This document shows positions 1 to 11,516 of a stretch of DNA of 64,000 nt, in pieces. The first letter of the stretch is position 1, and each line of letters opens with the position of its first letter. Position numbers and translations under genes: made by a program. Origin of the DNA: an uncultured delta proteobacterium. GTDB taxonomy: Bacteria; Desulfobacterota; Binatia; Bin18. The DNA lies in the NCBI GenBank assembly GCA_963733195.1, contig CAVTCR010000070.1, forward strand, positions 1-64,000, written 5' to 3'. The notes beneath the pieces were generated by a model. That model searched no databases. It was not told where the DNA came from and saw only the letters and a program-made list of their open reading frames with translations.

Positions 1-9
1 ACCCGTACT

Positions 10-3000
10 TCAGGTGAACTCTTCCAACAACGCCTTGGCTTCTTGCAGATCTTTCGTATCAAACCCTTCCGTGAACCAGCCATAAATCTCCGACAACGTG
101 TGACGTGCTTCGTGGTGCTTGCCTTGTTGCTGCCACAGTCGCGCCAGGCTCATCGCCGCCCGCAACTCCAACGATTTCGCCCCCTGTGCGCGCAATCTCG
201 ATGGCCTTCTGAAAGCACGCTTCGGCCTCCACCTCTATGGGGATTGGGGGCAGGGGTTGGGGGTTCGGGCTACTTTAGACTTTGGACCTTGAACTTTGGA
301 CCTTGGACTTGTTTTGACCTAGACCCTAGACTCTGGACACTAGACTGGGCGAGCGTCAGCTCGCCTTTGAGCCGATACAGCTCCGCTTCCCAGAAGTTGG
401 CGAGACCCGTCTCGGTTAGCTGCAGCGCCTCTGTCACAACTTGTAAGCCATCCTGTATGCTCCCCACCTGCACGTGTCCCTCGGCAAGACACGCGAGAAG
501 GAACGTCAGAAAGAGCTGCGCACCGGTGGCGCGATAGGCGGAGAGCGCCTCCTTCATTGTCGTCGACCCCGCCTGTACCTCGCCACGTTGCAGCGCGGCA
601 CAGTGCTGTACGACGGCCCCTAGCGCTAGGTACAGCGAGAAGCCCTGCTCGCGCGCTACGGTGACACTGCGGTGGGCGAGCCGCCCGGCCTCGTCGGGCT
701 CCCGCAGGAACAGTTTCGCCACCGCCGCGAAGATAAGAGTGTGGACCAAAGTAAAGGGAAGCGAGACCGCCTCCGCCCGTGCGAGCCCCTTCTCTACCCT
801 TGTCCGCGCTTGGTCTGGCCAGCCGGACAGCCACGCACTCCAACTGGATTGGATGAGAGCAACGCTCAGAGGGTCGCCGCTGAAAGAGAGAAACAGCGAG
901 TCGTGCTGCTCAGGGTTGAAGAGGCTCACAGCCCGCTCGTAATCCTCGTGTGCGCGACGAAGCGCCCCGCGATGGAATTCGATCGACCCTAAGTTGATAT
1001 GGAGCTGGAGGGCTAGAGCCGGGTCGTCGACATGCGCGAGGAGGCGGCGTGCTTGTTCCGCCAGTGTATCGGCCGCCGTTCGATCGGCTCGCCACAGATG
1101 AAGACGGCCTATGCCAATCAGAATTGGGATCAAATCCGCCGTCTCGTCTAACTCCTGGCAGAGTATCTGCGCGCGCTCGAGGTTCTGTCCCAACTCTTCC
1201 GACGCGAAGCCGTATAGAGTATACTGCGCCGATATCAGTGGCAGCCGCAGCAGGAGTTCTTGCCGTGCGCGGTCCGGTGTGGCCGGGAGGTGTGACAGCA
1301 GGGCGAGCCCTTTGTCGCAGTGCATGAGAGTTTCGCGCTGTCCACTGCGGCGTAATGCTCGCTCGGCAGCGATCTGTCGATAGCGCACCGCACGCCCGTA
1401 GTCCCGGCCCTGCTCGAAATGCAGCGCCAGCTCACCCGCAATTTCTCCGACACGTTCTCCATACCCTGCCTCTTTCCGCTCGCCAATGGATCGATGCAGC
1501 CGACCTTTTTGTCCGCTGCCGAGGTGTGTATACACCCCTTGCTGATAAAGCGCGTGGCGAAAATGATACCGTGGGGTGAAGGTTCCATCGGGCCACTCCG
1601 CCACCCCCGCCTCCGCGATGAACTGCTCGCGCTGGGCTAACTGTTCGCATCGAGCCTCAACGGCTGCCAGCTCCTGTTGCCAACCCGCCGCTACCTCAGC
1701 CGCCGAGAAGGTCTCTCCACTGACACTGGCCACCCCGAGTATCTGCCGGTCTTCGGCGTCCAAGGCCTCAAGCTGTTTGGTGATCAGGTGCTGCAAATCT
1801 TCAGGCATCGTTGCGGCAAGGGTAGCCAGATCCCCGTGCACTTCCCACTGGTCGCCTATCTGGCCCACCACTCCTTGCTGGATAAGGGCCTCCAGGCTTG
1901 CCACCACGAACAGCGGATTGCCTTCCGTGTGCTGGTACAAGTAGGGACCAAGTTCAGCATCGACCGGGCTGTGCGCCAACCGGTGGTGGACGTACTCGGT
2001 GACCTCAGCCACGGTTAAGGGTTCAAGCCGCACTTCTCTTGCCAGCTGGTGCGCTCGTCCCTCTTGCACCAATCCACGGAGGGGATGGTTCTGCACGACG
2101 ACCTCTGTCGGTCGGTACGTACCGATCACGAATAGGCGCGCCGACTCCAGTCGTCGGGTCACTGCCGTCAGCCAGGCCAGCGTGGCCGTATCACTCCACT
2201 GGAGATCTTCGAGGAACAACACGAGCGACTGCTGGACAGTCAACACCTCCAGCGCTTCACACAGTTCCCGCAGCATGCGCTCCTGGGTTGCTCCAGCGAC
2301 TTGCCGCTGTAATTCCGCTCGTTCAGCACTCTCAGTAAGAGATGGTAACTGTGCCAGCCACATCGGCGCGTGCTGCAGGAGTACGGCCTTAAGCCGTCCA
2401 ACTCCCACCTCACGGCTGAGTCGCCCGACGGCTTCGAGGAGGGGCAAGTAGGCTTCTCCTGGCCCGTACTGCCCGACACATTGCCCATGCCCAAGCCAGA
2501 TGGGGAACGTGCGTGCGAGTTGTGCCAAGAATTGACGCACCAGGGTCGTTTTGCCAGCCCCTGGTTCGCCACTGACGAAGACCAATTGCCGCTGCCCCTG
2601 CTGTGCGTGGGCAAACCACTGCTGCAACTGCGCCAACTCCCGCTCGCGTCCAACGAAATGAGTTGGCAGTTGCCAGTTGTCAGTTGCCAGTTGGGGAATC
2701 TTTTCTCCTGTCTTGTCTGTACTAAAAACTGATAACTGACGACTGACAACTGGTGGGGGAGTAATGGGAGGGGGGCCAAAGCGGTAGCCGATGAAGCGAT
2801 ACCCCTGACGGCCGATGGTCTCGATATAGTGAGGAGTGGTCAGCGCATCGTTTAATGCCTGGCGCAGCTCCCGGATGCACACCGGGACTACCGTCCGACT
2901 CACATACGTGCCGCCCCAGACGGCTTGACGCAGTTCTTCGGTCGACACCACCCGCTCCGGGTGCTGCGCCAGATACGCCAGCACCGCCAGGGGCATCGGC

Positions 3001-3095
3001 CGGACCTCGATGCGCTCTTCGTCCTTCCACAGTTGCTTCTGGACCGGCAGCAAACGAAATGGGCCGAACGCGATCACCTCGGGTTTGTGTTCCAT
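10..3095 (-). CDS. OmpR-type winged-helix + AAA ATPase (STAND-like) + TPR transcriptional regulator; 3' end split by two frameshifts near 195-270
   Basis: N-terminal FGPFRL...[12 protein letters not shown]...[12 protein letters not shown] (Trans_reg_C); Walker A GEPGAGKT; Walker B LFLEDLQW; C-terminal [12 protein letters not shown]...[18 protein letters not shown] in ORF 10..195; ATG 3095 with purine-rich RBS. Confidence 0.88.
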
Positions 3096-3124
3096 TCTTC
3101 CCCTCGTCTCGGTCAAATTAAACG

Positions 3125-3213
3125 ATCTGAATCAAGTGAAGGCAAATCTGAATCAACTGAAGGCAAATCTGAAGGATCTGCGTCTGTCCCTGAATCGCCG
3201 ATACCTTTACACT
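3125..3213 (+). promoter_or_regulatory. Phased direct-repeat operator plus -10-like hexamer
   Basis: CTGAA at 3127, 3148, 3169, 3190 (exact 21-bp period), extra boxes at 3136 and 3157; TACACT at 3208. Confidence 0.7.
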
Positions 3214-3246
3214 GCTGAACTGCAAGCAATAAGGCAGATCGCACGC

Positions 3247-3453
3247 GTGAAATCAACTCCTCCTTCTTTACCGACCAACCGCGCTTTTGTCGTGCAGTTG
3301 CGCGCTGAGGCTAGGGTGGAACAGGGCGAATTCAGTGGCCGTGTCGAGCATGTGGTGTCCATGCGGTCGACGCGCTTTCAGTCCCTGGAGGAGCTGGCGA
3401 CGTTTCTTAGAGAGACGGTCCTTAGCCTCGAAGACGAGGAGGACGAAACATAG
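3247..3453 (+). CDS. Small hypothetical protein (AFVVQLR...GRVEH family), paralog of 8754..8954
   Basis: GTG start; PSLPTNRAFVVQLR...GRVEHVVS...F.SLEEL aligns over its full length with the 8754 ORF. Confidence 0.75.
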   Translation: MKSTPPSLPTNRAFVVQLRAEARVEQGEFSGRVEHVVSMRSTRFQSLEELATFLRETVLSLEDEEDET

Positions 3454-3622
3454 GAGAAACGGAGAAGTTCATCGCCCTTCTTATCAACGAGGGTATGGTC
3501 AGGGAGGACTACGTGGGCCTGTGGGGGTTACAACGGCTGGACAGAAAGAAACAGCAACACCATGTGGACCAACCAGATAAAATCCTAACGTCGAAAATTA
3601 TTCACTCTAAGGAGGACCACAG

Positions 3623-4935
3623 ATGAGAACGACAAACAGACGAGTCGTGTGGAGTCTGGTAGCTGCGTTGAGCATAGCGGAATGCCGTGGTGCGCGGAGG
3701 TGGCGGCGCAAACGGCGGCAACCGAAGAGGGAGGGTTTGAAACACCCCAGGTACTCAAGCCGGAGGACTTCCTTCCCCCGGAGCTGATCAAAGGGAAGAA
3801 TTATACGGTGGACCCGGATGTCAACACCAACGGATTCGAGAACACCTATCTGATCATTACGAACTATGGACTGTTTCCGGGGCTGGGGGACGATATGGTG
3901 CGCATTCGCATTCAAGAGTTTGCGGCCATCGCGCAGATGGAGGAGATGAAGAAGAGCGGGCAATTTGCGACGGCGGCCAAGAACGCCACGAAAAGTCCGT
4001 TAGTCGCAGCGGGCAACCTCATTACCAATCCCGTCGATACCGTGATTGGCATCCCGCAAGGCGTCTGGCGGTATGCCACCCGAGCGAGCGAGATGGTGCG
4101 CGGGAGACGAGGAGAAATGGAAGATAGTGTGGCCAAGGAATTGATTGGCTTTGGGGGGGCGAAGCGGAAACTGGCTGGTCAGTTAGGGGTGGATGTGTAT
4201 TCCTCTAACCCAATCCTGCAAAAGAACCTGAACAGCCTCGCCTGGGCCGCCCATGCGGGCGGAACCATGATTACGGTAGGGTTTGTGGCGATTCGGGCGG
4301 CATCGACGGTATCCTCACTGAGTGTGATGGGTGCGAGCCGGGTGGAGGGGTTGAACAAGATGCTGCTGGACAACTCCCCGGAAGATCTCCGCAAGCTCAA
4401 CCGCCAGCAATTGGCCAAGATGGGGTTGAACGGCAATGAGATCGATATTTTTCTGCGCAATCCCTGGTACTCGCCACGGCATCGGACGGTGCTGGTCGAG
4501 GAGTTAGCCGGGATGAAGAAGACGAAAAACCGTAAGAAGTTCATCACCTTGGCGACGACTGCGGAGTCGGAGCAGGATGCGTTTTTCTTCCAGCGGATCG
4601 CTCAACTCATGCGGGGGTATCATGAGACGCAATCCCCGATCAGTGAAATCGACCTCATCGGCAGTCTCGCGGTGGGGTATGCGGCCAACGAGGCGTTGGT
4701 ATTGCCGTTGGTGATGGACCAGGGGTGGTGGAGCGCCGAGGAGGCGGTGATAACCAAGGCTTTGGACGAAAGGGCGCCGCAAGGCAAAAAAAAGCAATTC
4801 TGGGTGACCGGCAAGTTGTCGCCCCGTTTGGTCGAGGAACTCGAGGCCCGGAAGTGGGAGGTCCATCAAGACGCGTGGGCGACATTATACCCAGCGCCAG
4901 CCGCGGCCCAAGAGGGAGCCAGCAAGAAAAACTAG
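3623..4935 (+). CDS. Secreted hypothetical protein (frameshift in signal peptide)
   Basis: GGAGG RBS then ATG 3623 encoding a signal-like MRTTNRRVVWSLVAALSIA, joining the 428-aa ORF. Confidence 0.7.
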
Positions 4936-4977
4936 AGCAAGGCACCCTAACAAAACATCTTACCCTGGAGCAAGAAG

Positions 4978-5514
4978 ATGAGCAGCAAAAGACGAAGATT
5001 GTTCAACCTTGTGACTCTCCTCGTGGTGGTGACCGCCGCGCCAGTAAGAGCTCAGACTAACGACGCGGAACTGGCTAAAGAGCTGCAGAACCCCGTGACC
5101 GATTTGCTCAGCGTACCGTTGCAGAACAACTGGGATTTCGGCATCGGCCCAGCCGACGCTATGCGTTACACGCTCAACGTCCAGCCCGTCATTCCGTTCC
5201 ACCTGACCACCGACTGGAATCTGATTACTCGCACCATCATGCCGATTATTCATGCCGAGTCGCCGCTCAAGGGTGGACGCGACAAGTCCAGGTTGGGCGA
5301 TACTGCGCAGAATTCCATCCTCCTTCGTTTTTCGGAAATCGATACGGATGGCGATAAGCGGTTGAGCGCCAAAGAGCTCGAAGTCGCCACTCGCAAGAGC
5401 CCCCGCGTGCGTGTTCTCTACGATGCGCTGGACGTCGATCGCAGCAATCGAGTGAGCCCTTCGGAATTGCGAAACCCGCCGCTTGGCGTCGGCCTGCTGC
5501 GGATTGAATTCTGA
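4978..5514 (+). CDS. Chimeric secreted protein: N-terminal part of an outer-membrane transporter-like family fused to an EF-hand pair
   Basis: Signal peptide; ELAKELQNPV..LSVPLQNNWD..LNVQPVIPF..WNLITRTIMP; then DTDGDKRLSAKE and DVDRSNRVSPSE EF-hand loops. Confidence 0.55.
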   Translation: MSSKRRRLFNLVTLLVVVTAAPVRAQTNDAELAKELQNPVTDLLSVPLQNNWDFGIGPADAMRYTLNVQPVIPFHLTTDWNLITRTIMPIIHAESPLKGGRDKSRLGDTAQNSILLRFSEIDTDGDKRLSAKELEVATRKSPRVRVLYDALDVDRSNRVSPSELRNPPLGVGLLRIEF

Positions 5515-5698
5515 ATAGTCAAGATGGTTATCCGTATCGAATCACTGGTAGCCGTCTGGCGTATTGAACGAGTGACGGCTTTTTATGAGGCACGATCCCG
5601 TGACTGGCTCGTTCGTAGAACTAGACGGATTCGGCATCGCGGCGTAAAGTAGCAGTAACCATAGTAAATCGACCACAAAAGATTGGCACGTCCCTGAC

Positions 5699-5794
5699 AA
5701 AATCCCCCCGCGCGCGGCCCCCTTTGCTAAAGGGGGCATAGGTCCCCTCCTTTGGCTGCCACGGCACAGGTGGAAAGGAGGGACAGGGAGGTTT
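5699..5794. repeat. CCCCCTTT..AAAGGGGG palindromic repeat element, inverted relative to 19528-19620
   Basis: AAATCCCCCCGCGCGCGGCCCCCTTTGCTAAAGGGGG resembles the reverse complement of the 19.5-kb element. Confidence 0.65.
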
Positions 5795-6007
5795 CACAGC
5801 ACGTGCTCCAGTGCGAAAGTCATGTGGTCTGATGTAGGGCACTCCCCCCTTTTGCCGCAACCTGTCCGAAGACTATGCGGCGGGCAAAGGGAGAGACGCT
5901 TCGCTCCTGGACAGGCGGAGTTGAGTGAAACCGAAGGCGAGGGCACGCCGGAGGGGCTGGCGAGTGTCCCGACACACGGGAGGTTCCGGATGCAAAGGAG
6001 AATCAGC

Positions 6008-6511
6008 ATGAAGACACGAACGCACCACCTCATAGCGGCATTGAGCGCGGCGAGTATTTGGCTTGGCGTCGAGGCGTACGCGCAGCCGTACATCTACCCC
6101 AGTAAAGGCCAGAGCCAGGAGCAACAAGATCGGGATAAGTACGAATGTTACAACTGGGCGCGGCAGCAGACCGGGTTTGATCCGACTGCTCCCTCGCCCC
6201 CGCCAGTCCTCCCCCGCCTTCCAAGCAAGGCCAAAGCTCCCCAAGGGGGTCTCCTGCAAGGCGGCGCGCGCGGCGCGGCCCTGGGCGCGGTCGGCGGGGC
6301 GATTGCTGGCGACGCCGGCAAAGGGGCGGCCATCGGCGCGGCCACTGGCGCGATGGTGGGCGGCATGCGGCGCGCCGATCAAGGGCGAAGTGAGAAGCAA
6401 CAACAACGCGACGTGGCCTCCCAGGGAGGCGCCCCCGCCACCCAAGGGAGGACCAATTATGAGCGGGCCCAACGGGCATGCCTTGAGGGGCGCGGCTATA
6501 CCGTGCAATAG
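6008..6511 (+). CDS. Secreted glycine-zipper (YMGG-like) protein
   Basis: AGGAG RBS; signal peptide; YPSKGQSQEQQDRDKYECYNWA; GAALGAVGGAIAGDAGKGAAIGA; C-terminal ACLEGRGYTV. Confidence 0.85.
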   Translation: MKTRTHHLIAALSAASIWLGVEAYAQPYIYPSKGQSQEQQDRDKYECYNWARQQTGFDPTAPSPPPVLPRLPSKAKAPQGGLLQGGARGAALGAVGGAIAGDAGKGAAIGAATGAMVGGMRRADQGRSEKQQQRDVASQGGAPATQGRTNYERAQRACLEGRGYTVQ

Positions 6512-6564
6512 GGGCGAGCCCGCAGAGAGCGGCGGAGTCTACCAGAACACCGAGGAGCTGTGAG

Positions 6565-7035
6565 ATGCATACACACAAGAGCATACTGATCATCGTTGGG
6601 ATTGTAATAGGGTTGGTCCCCTGGGCACGCGTGTCGGCGGCGGACGAGCCAGGCCCGTGGATTTGTGCGCCGACCGAGGAGATCGCGTGTGAGGAGAGCG
6701 GGAAATGTGAAACCAACGCGTTCGAGAGCTTGAATCTGCCCCCGTTCATTAAGATCGATCTCGTCAGCAAGCAGCTGAGCGGGACCGAAGACGGGATAGC
6801 AGAGGCGGCGGCGGTAGAGCGGGTGGAGCGCGTCGATGGGCGACTGATCCTGCAAGGCGTCCAGGACGGACGTGGCTGGAGTGTGGTGATTGTCGAGGAG
6901 AGCGGCAATATGACCCTCAGCGTATCTGGCGAGGACAATGCCTGGGTAGCGTTTGGGGACTGTGAACCGTTGGCGAACTGGATGAAGGGTGGTGTGTCGG
7001 CAGGCGCCTCCACGACTGAGACGCCTGCGGAGTGA
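6565..7035 (+). CDS. Secreted hypothetical protein with Cys motif
   Basis: GAGGAG RBS; signal peptide; ICA...AC...KC; LILQGVQDGRGWS. Confidence 0.7.
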   Translation: MHTHKSILIIVGIVIGLVPWARVSAADEPGPWICAPTEEIACEESGKCETNAFESLNLPPFIKIDLVSKQLSGTEDGIAEAAAVERVERVDGRLILQGVQDGRGWSVVIVEESGNMTLSVSGEDNAWVAFGDCEPLANWMKGGVSAGASTTETPAE

Positions 7036-7090
7036 GGCGCTGTCGAGGAGTTCAGTCAGGTTCAGTATGAGGAGTTTGTGAAATCTCCGG

Positions 7091-7200
7091 GTGCTCAGTA
7101 CACGGCTCGCGGCCCATCCGCGCTTCACGCTGCTCTATCTGCCCACCTGCTGCCCCCGCGCGAATCCGATTGAACGGGCCTTTGACGATGTCCGCGATAG
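7091..7200 (+). pseudogene. IS630-family transposase C-terminal remnant
   Basis: LAAHPRFTLLYLPTCCPRANPIERAF matches the IS630 LPxYSPxLNPIE motif. Confidence 0.65.
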
Positions 7201-7418
7201 AGGCATGGCGCTCATTATCGTCACTCCACCACCGTCTAAGCACGCCCTTGCTAACGGATGGGCGGCAGTTCTGGGCGTCGGTGCCTTGACGATGGGTGGG
7301 GACGACATCAAAGCAGAATGACAAAATTGAACGATCCAACAACAGTCGGGAATTGGCAGGGGCCTCTGGGAGAGGCTCTCAGTTGATCGTGAGAAGTTCG
7401 GGAGGAAAGGAAGAGTAA

Positions 7419-8728
7419 ATGTTTCGTATCGTGATGCGTGTCATTGCGTTGGCCCTCTGCGTGACCCTGGCTCGCCTCGTCAGCCCGGGCGGCGGGGCTG
7501 TACCTCTATGAAAATGGGAATCCGGATCTCGGCCTGGCGGCGGCCGGTCGCGCGGCGCTGGCGCAGGACGCCTCGACCGTCATGGGCAATCCCGCCGGCA
7601 TGACCCGGCTGGAGCCGTTCCCAACTGACGGGGAGTATCTATACGATCCTCCCGTCGATGCAATTTGACCGCGGCTCCGGGACTACCCTCAGCGGCGGGA
7701 ATGGCTTCAACGCCGGCGCGTCGATTCCCTCGCTCGGGTTCCGCGAGTGTTCCGTTTCCGGCTGGGAGTTTGTTTTATGTCTACAGCTTGTCTCCGGACT
7801 TGAAACTCGGGGTGGGGGCGGCCTCTGGCGTACGGCGGGGGCATGAATTACGGGAAGGAGTGGGTCGGGCGGTATAGCGTCCAGAAGTTGCAACTCCTCT
7901 CCGCCACCCTAAACCCGGGGTTCGCCTATCGCGTAAACCACTTGGTTGTCCATCGGAGCGGGGTTTAGCGTCAACTATGCGCTGCTCTCCCAGACCGTCG
8001 CCGTGAACAACCTCGCGGAACGGCTGCCGGACGGCCGGCTCAAATTCAAAGCCGACGACTGGGGCTTTGGCGGCAATGCTGGGGTGTTGCTGGAGCCGAA
8101 TGCGCGGATGCGTTTTGGCGTTACCTACCGCTCGCAGATCGATATGTCGTACGCCGATAACATCAAATTCACCAATCTCGGGCCGGGCTTACGGCGTGCC
8201 TTCGAGCGAGTGGGCGTAGTCGGGGGCGAGACCACCCTTGAGCAGACCAATCCGCAGACGGTCATGGCCAGTTGGTATTATGCGCTCACGGACAATTCCG
8301 CCTTCATGGGGAACTTCGGCTGGCAGAACTGGGAACAGTACAGTGATCTGGGGATTGATATCGATAAGGGAACGACGACGCGGAACATCCAGGTCGATCA
8401 GCATTTTCACGACACCTGGCATCAGGCCATTGGGGTGCAGTCGCGGTTCGCGCGGTCGTGGGTGCTGTCGGCGGGCTTTGCGCATGACAATGCGCCGGTC
8501 TCGAAATTCCACCGGACGCCGACGGCGCCGTTTGATGAAAATTTCCGTTATGGCGTGGGCCTGCAGTACGACTTGAACGACCGGATAACGGTAGGGGCGG
8601 CCTATGAGTTTTTGGATCTGGGGGACGCGGAGATTGCCAACTTGCAGCGCCCGGCTGGCACGCTGGATGGGGATTACTCCAGCAACCATGTGCATTTCGT
8701 TGCTCTGAATGTGATCTGGAAATTCTAA
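7419..8728 (+). CDS. OmpP1/FadL-family outer-membrane transporter (multiple frameshifts)
   Basis: GLAAAGRAALAQDASTVMGNPAGMTRL in the 5' part; FGVTYRSQ, HFHDTWH, GAAYEF; ends IWKF with terminal Phe. Confidence 0.8.
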
Positions 8729-8753
8729 ACACAAGCAAGATTCTTGTGAGAGT

Positions 8754-8954
8754 ATGCCGAAGAACAAACCGTCACTGCCGAGTAATCGCGCGTTTGTGGT
8801 CCAACTGCGCTGGGACGCGGCCGTAGAGCACGGGGATTTCCGGGGGCGAGTCGAACACCTCGTGTCGTTCCAGGCGACCCATTTCGAGTCGGTCGAAGAG
8901 TTGACGGCGTTTATCGCGCGCGTGGTGGCTGCTCTACCGGCGGACGATGAGTGA
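8754..8954 (+). CDS. Small hypothetical protein, paralog of 3247..3453
   Basis: PSLPSNRAFVVQLR...GRVEHLVS...FESVEEL. Confidence 0.75.
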   Translation: MPKNKPSLPSNRAFVVQLRWDAAVEHGDFRGRVEHLVSFQATHFESVEELTAFIARVVAALPADDE

Positions 8955-9057
8955 GTCGTGATCCACAACTAAGGCTGGATTCCGCGGGAAAAGGTTGGAC
9001 AGGCCAATACGAGTCAGTAGGGAGATATCCGTTCTTATGAAGCCCATGGGTGGATTA

Positions 9058-10046
9058 ATGCGAACCGTCTTTCGCCTCGTCGCTGGCGCGCTGTTGCTCT
9101 GCATGATGCTATGGGGGGCGCTGGCTATTTATTACTCAGACCTCGCCTCTGTTGGCCTTCGGACGGCGCTGAGTGGCGTCTTCATAGGAGGGACGATGCT
9201 CGGGCTGCTCCTTATCCGTCCGCGTCGCCGGGCCATCGTGGGGTTCCTCATCGTCTTCGCCGGTATCGTGGCGTGGTGGCTGGCGATTTCCTCCTTCCCA
9301 CGAGCGCGACTGGCAACCGGACGTGGCCGTGCTGCCATACGCCACATTCGCTGGAGACACTGTCACGATCCACCATATTCGTAACAACGAGTACCGCAGC
9401 GAGACCGACTTCACGCCCGCGGTATTACGACAAAACCTTTCATCTCTCTACACTGCGGAGCGTCGATCTCTTTCTCTCCTACTGGGGACCGACACTGATT
9501 GCCCACACCATCATGAGCTTTGGGTTTGAAGGGGAGGAGTATGTCGCCATTTCCATTGAGACCCGTAAAGAGAAAAACGAGGGATATTCCACCATTAAGG
9601 GGTTCTTCAAACAGTATGAACTGATCTACCTCGTTGGCGATGAGCGTGACTGGTGCGTCTGCGTACCAACTATCGGGGAGAGGATGTGTACCTGTATCGT
9701 CTGCAGGGGCCGCGCGAAGTCGGCCGTGAGGTGTTTCTCCAGTACCTACAGGATATCAACCAATTGTCTGCACATCCGGCCTGGTACAACGCCTTGATGG
9801 AGAACTGCACGACGAGCATCTCATGGACTTGCCCGGCCCCATGCCGTGCGCTCGTGGTGGAGTTGGAAGCTCTTGGCCAACGGCTATCTGGATGAGTTGG
9901 CGTATGATATTGGCGCCGTAGACCATAGTCTGCCATTTTCGGAGTTCAAAGCGCGCAGCCGCATCAACGAGCGTGCCAAGGCAGCCAATCACGATCCGGA
10001 TTTCTCACGGAAAATTCGCGTTGGATTGCCGGGAATAGACGGTTGA
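9058..10046 (+). CDS. DUF4105 (Lnb-like) membrane protein (frameshifted)
   Basis: Three N-terminal TM segments; TIHHIRN; LSYWGPTLIAHTIMSFGF; SIETRKE; WYNALMENCTT; DFSRKIR. Confidence 0.8.
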
Positions 10047-10060
10047 AAACGGGAAACGAG

Positions 10061-10120
10061 AAACTGGACCGTACGCTGAACCACAGAAACCTATCTATGA
10101 ACCGAAGCAGTATGTATGGA
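10061..10120 (+). promoter_or_regulatory. Second copy of the CTGAA-box promoter
   Basis: Boxes at 10064, 10076, 10097; 10076-10104 is 24/29 identical to 22686-22714. Confidence 0.65.
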
Positions 10121-10304
10121 ATCCTCAACCGCGATTCTTCCTCTGATAAGAGATGGAGCTCAGCACCTATTGCTCTCCTCCCCTGTGAGGAATTGTCACC
10201 ACATGAGGAGGTGTCAGATGTAAGGAGAATTACTATGAAGAATGTATTATTCGTATGCGGTTTGTGGAAGCAGCAGAATAAAAACGAAGGTTAAGGAGAA
10301 AGCC

Positions 10305-10605
10305 ATGCGTAAACGTTTGTACTTGTTCACACTCACGTCTGTGCTGCTACCCGTGGGTAGTGCCAGCGCCCAGAGATTATCCGATCATGGAGAAGATCGC
10401 CCAGAAAGTCGTCGAGAAATACCAGACCTCGTCCTGTCAGCAGTTGGCCCAGGAGAAAAGCCAGCCGCCGACGGGGAAAAAGGCGCAGATGGAGCAGAAA
10501 GCGATACAAGCACTGCATAACGATCCGCAGATGCGGACCGCGTTCCTCAACCGCGTGGCGGCGCCTATCGCGAACAAGATGTTCGAGTGCGGCATGATTC
10601 CCTAG
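10305..10605 (+). CDS. Small secreted hypothetical protein (frameshift after signal peptide)
   Basis: AAGGAG RBS; MRKRLYLFTL signal joins YPIMEKIAQKVVEKYQTSSC...VAAPIANKMFECGMIP. Confidence 0.7.
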
Positions 10606-10709
10606 GAGCCAAAACGAGCACAAATCCTGCTCGGGGTCACGGGGATTGGCCGTGTTCAGCAGGGATGAGTTTTCCCAACGCCAACCGAGCGGGAGAAAGG
10701 AGTGGCGTA

Positions 10710-11514
10710 ATGAGACAAGTAAGGTTAGGGGCCGTATTTGCGTGGGCCCTCATTCTGGTGTTGGTGAACGCGCCCGTGCAGGCGCAAGAGAGTAAGGCCG
10801 CCGCGCCCGCGAGTCAAGAAAAAGCCATGGCCATCGTCAAGCGGATGGCCGAATTCCTCTCCCAGGCCCAGCATTTCAGTGTCACGCTTGATATGGGCTT
10901 CGATGCAGTGCAGGAGTTTGGGGCAGAAAATCGAGTTCGGCGAAACGCGCAAGATCGTACTCCGCCGCCCCGATCATTTCCGCGTTGACGCGACGAAACG
11001 GGATGGAGAACAGAGTGAGTTACTCTTTGACGGGAAGGATCTTACCCTGTTTCAGGTGAAGGACAACGTCTATGCCACGGTGGCCAAGCCGGGCACGGTG
11101 GACCAGGCCCTTGGGTATTTTATCAATGACCTCGACATGCGGCTGCCGATGGTCCAGTTGCTGTCCAGCAATCTGGCCACCGTGTTACCGGCGCAGGTGC
11201 GGGCCGCCGCGTACGTCGAGGCAGCGAGTATTGCCGGTGTTCCCTGTGATCACATCGCCCTGCGCGGGGACGATACAGATATGCAGCTGTGGGTGGCACA
11301 GGGCAAGCAACCGCTGCCGCAGCGGGCCGTGATTACCTATCGTCGCGAAGATGGCCGGCCGCAGTTCTGGGCGCAGACCAGCGAGTGGAATCTCTCGCCG
11401 GAGGCACCCGACTCACTGTTTGCCTTTACCCCACCTGCGGGGGCAGCTAAGATCGCGTTTTCCCCACGCCAGATGATGCAGCCTGGCGTAGCCGAAACGA
11501 AAGGAGGGCAATAG
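10710..11514 (+). CDS. DUF2092 periplasmic protein (one frameshift ~10920)
   Basis: Signal peptide; KRMAEFL; GQKIEFGE..LRRPD; CDHIALRG..DMQLWV..PLPQRAVITY; W.L.P..PD..F.FTPP. Confidence 0.82.
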
Positions 11515-11516
11515 CC

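Noticed and set aside
3125-3196. 21-bp repeats as a CRISPR array or iterons
   Set aside because: Repeats are tandem with no unique spacers, no cas or rep gene is nearby, and the position fits an operator
5870-6000. c-di-GMP riboswitch upstream of the glycine-zipper gene (GGCAAA word)
   Set aside because: The GNRA-capped stem and second conserved stem could not be built by eye
5873-7013. Long antisense ORFs (211 and 327 aa) and similar shadow ORFs elsewhere
   Set aside because: They overlap well-supported genes and are expected in high-GC DNA
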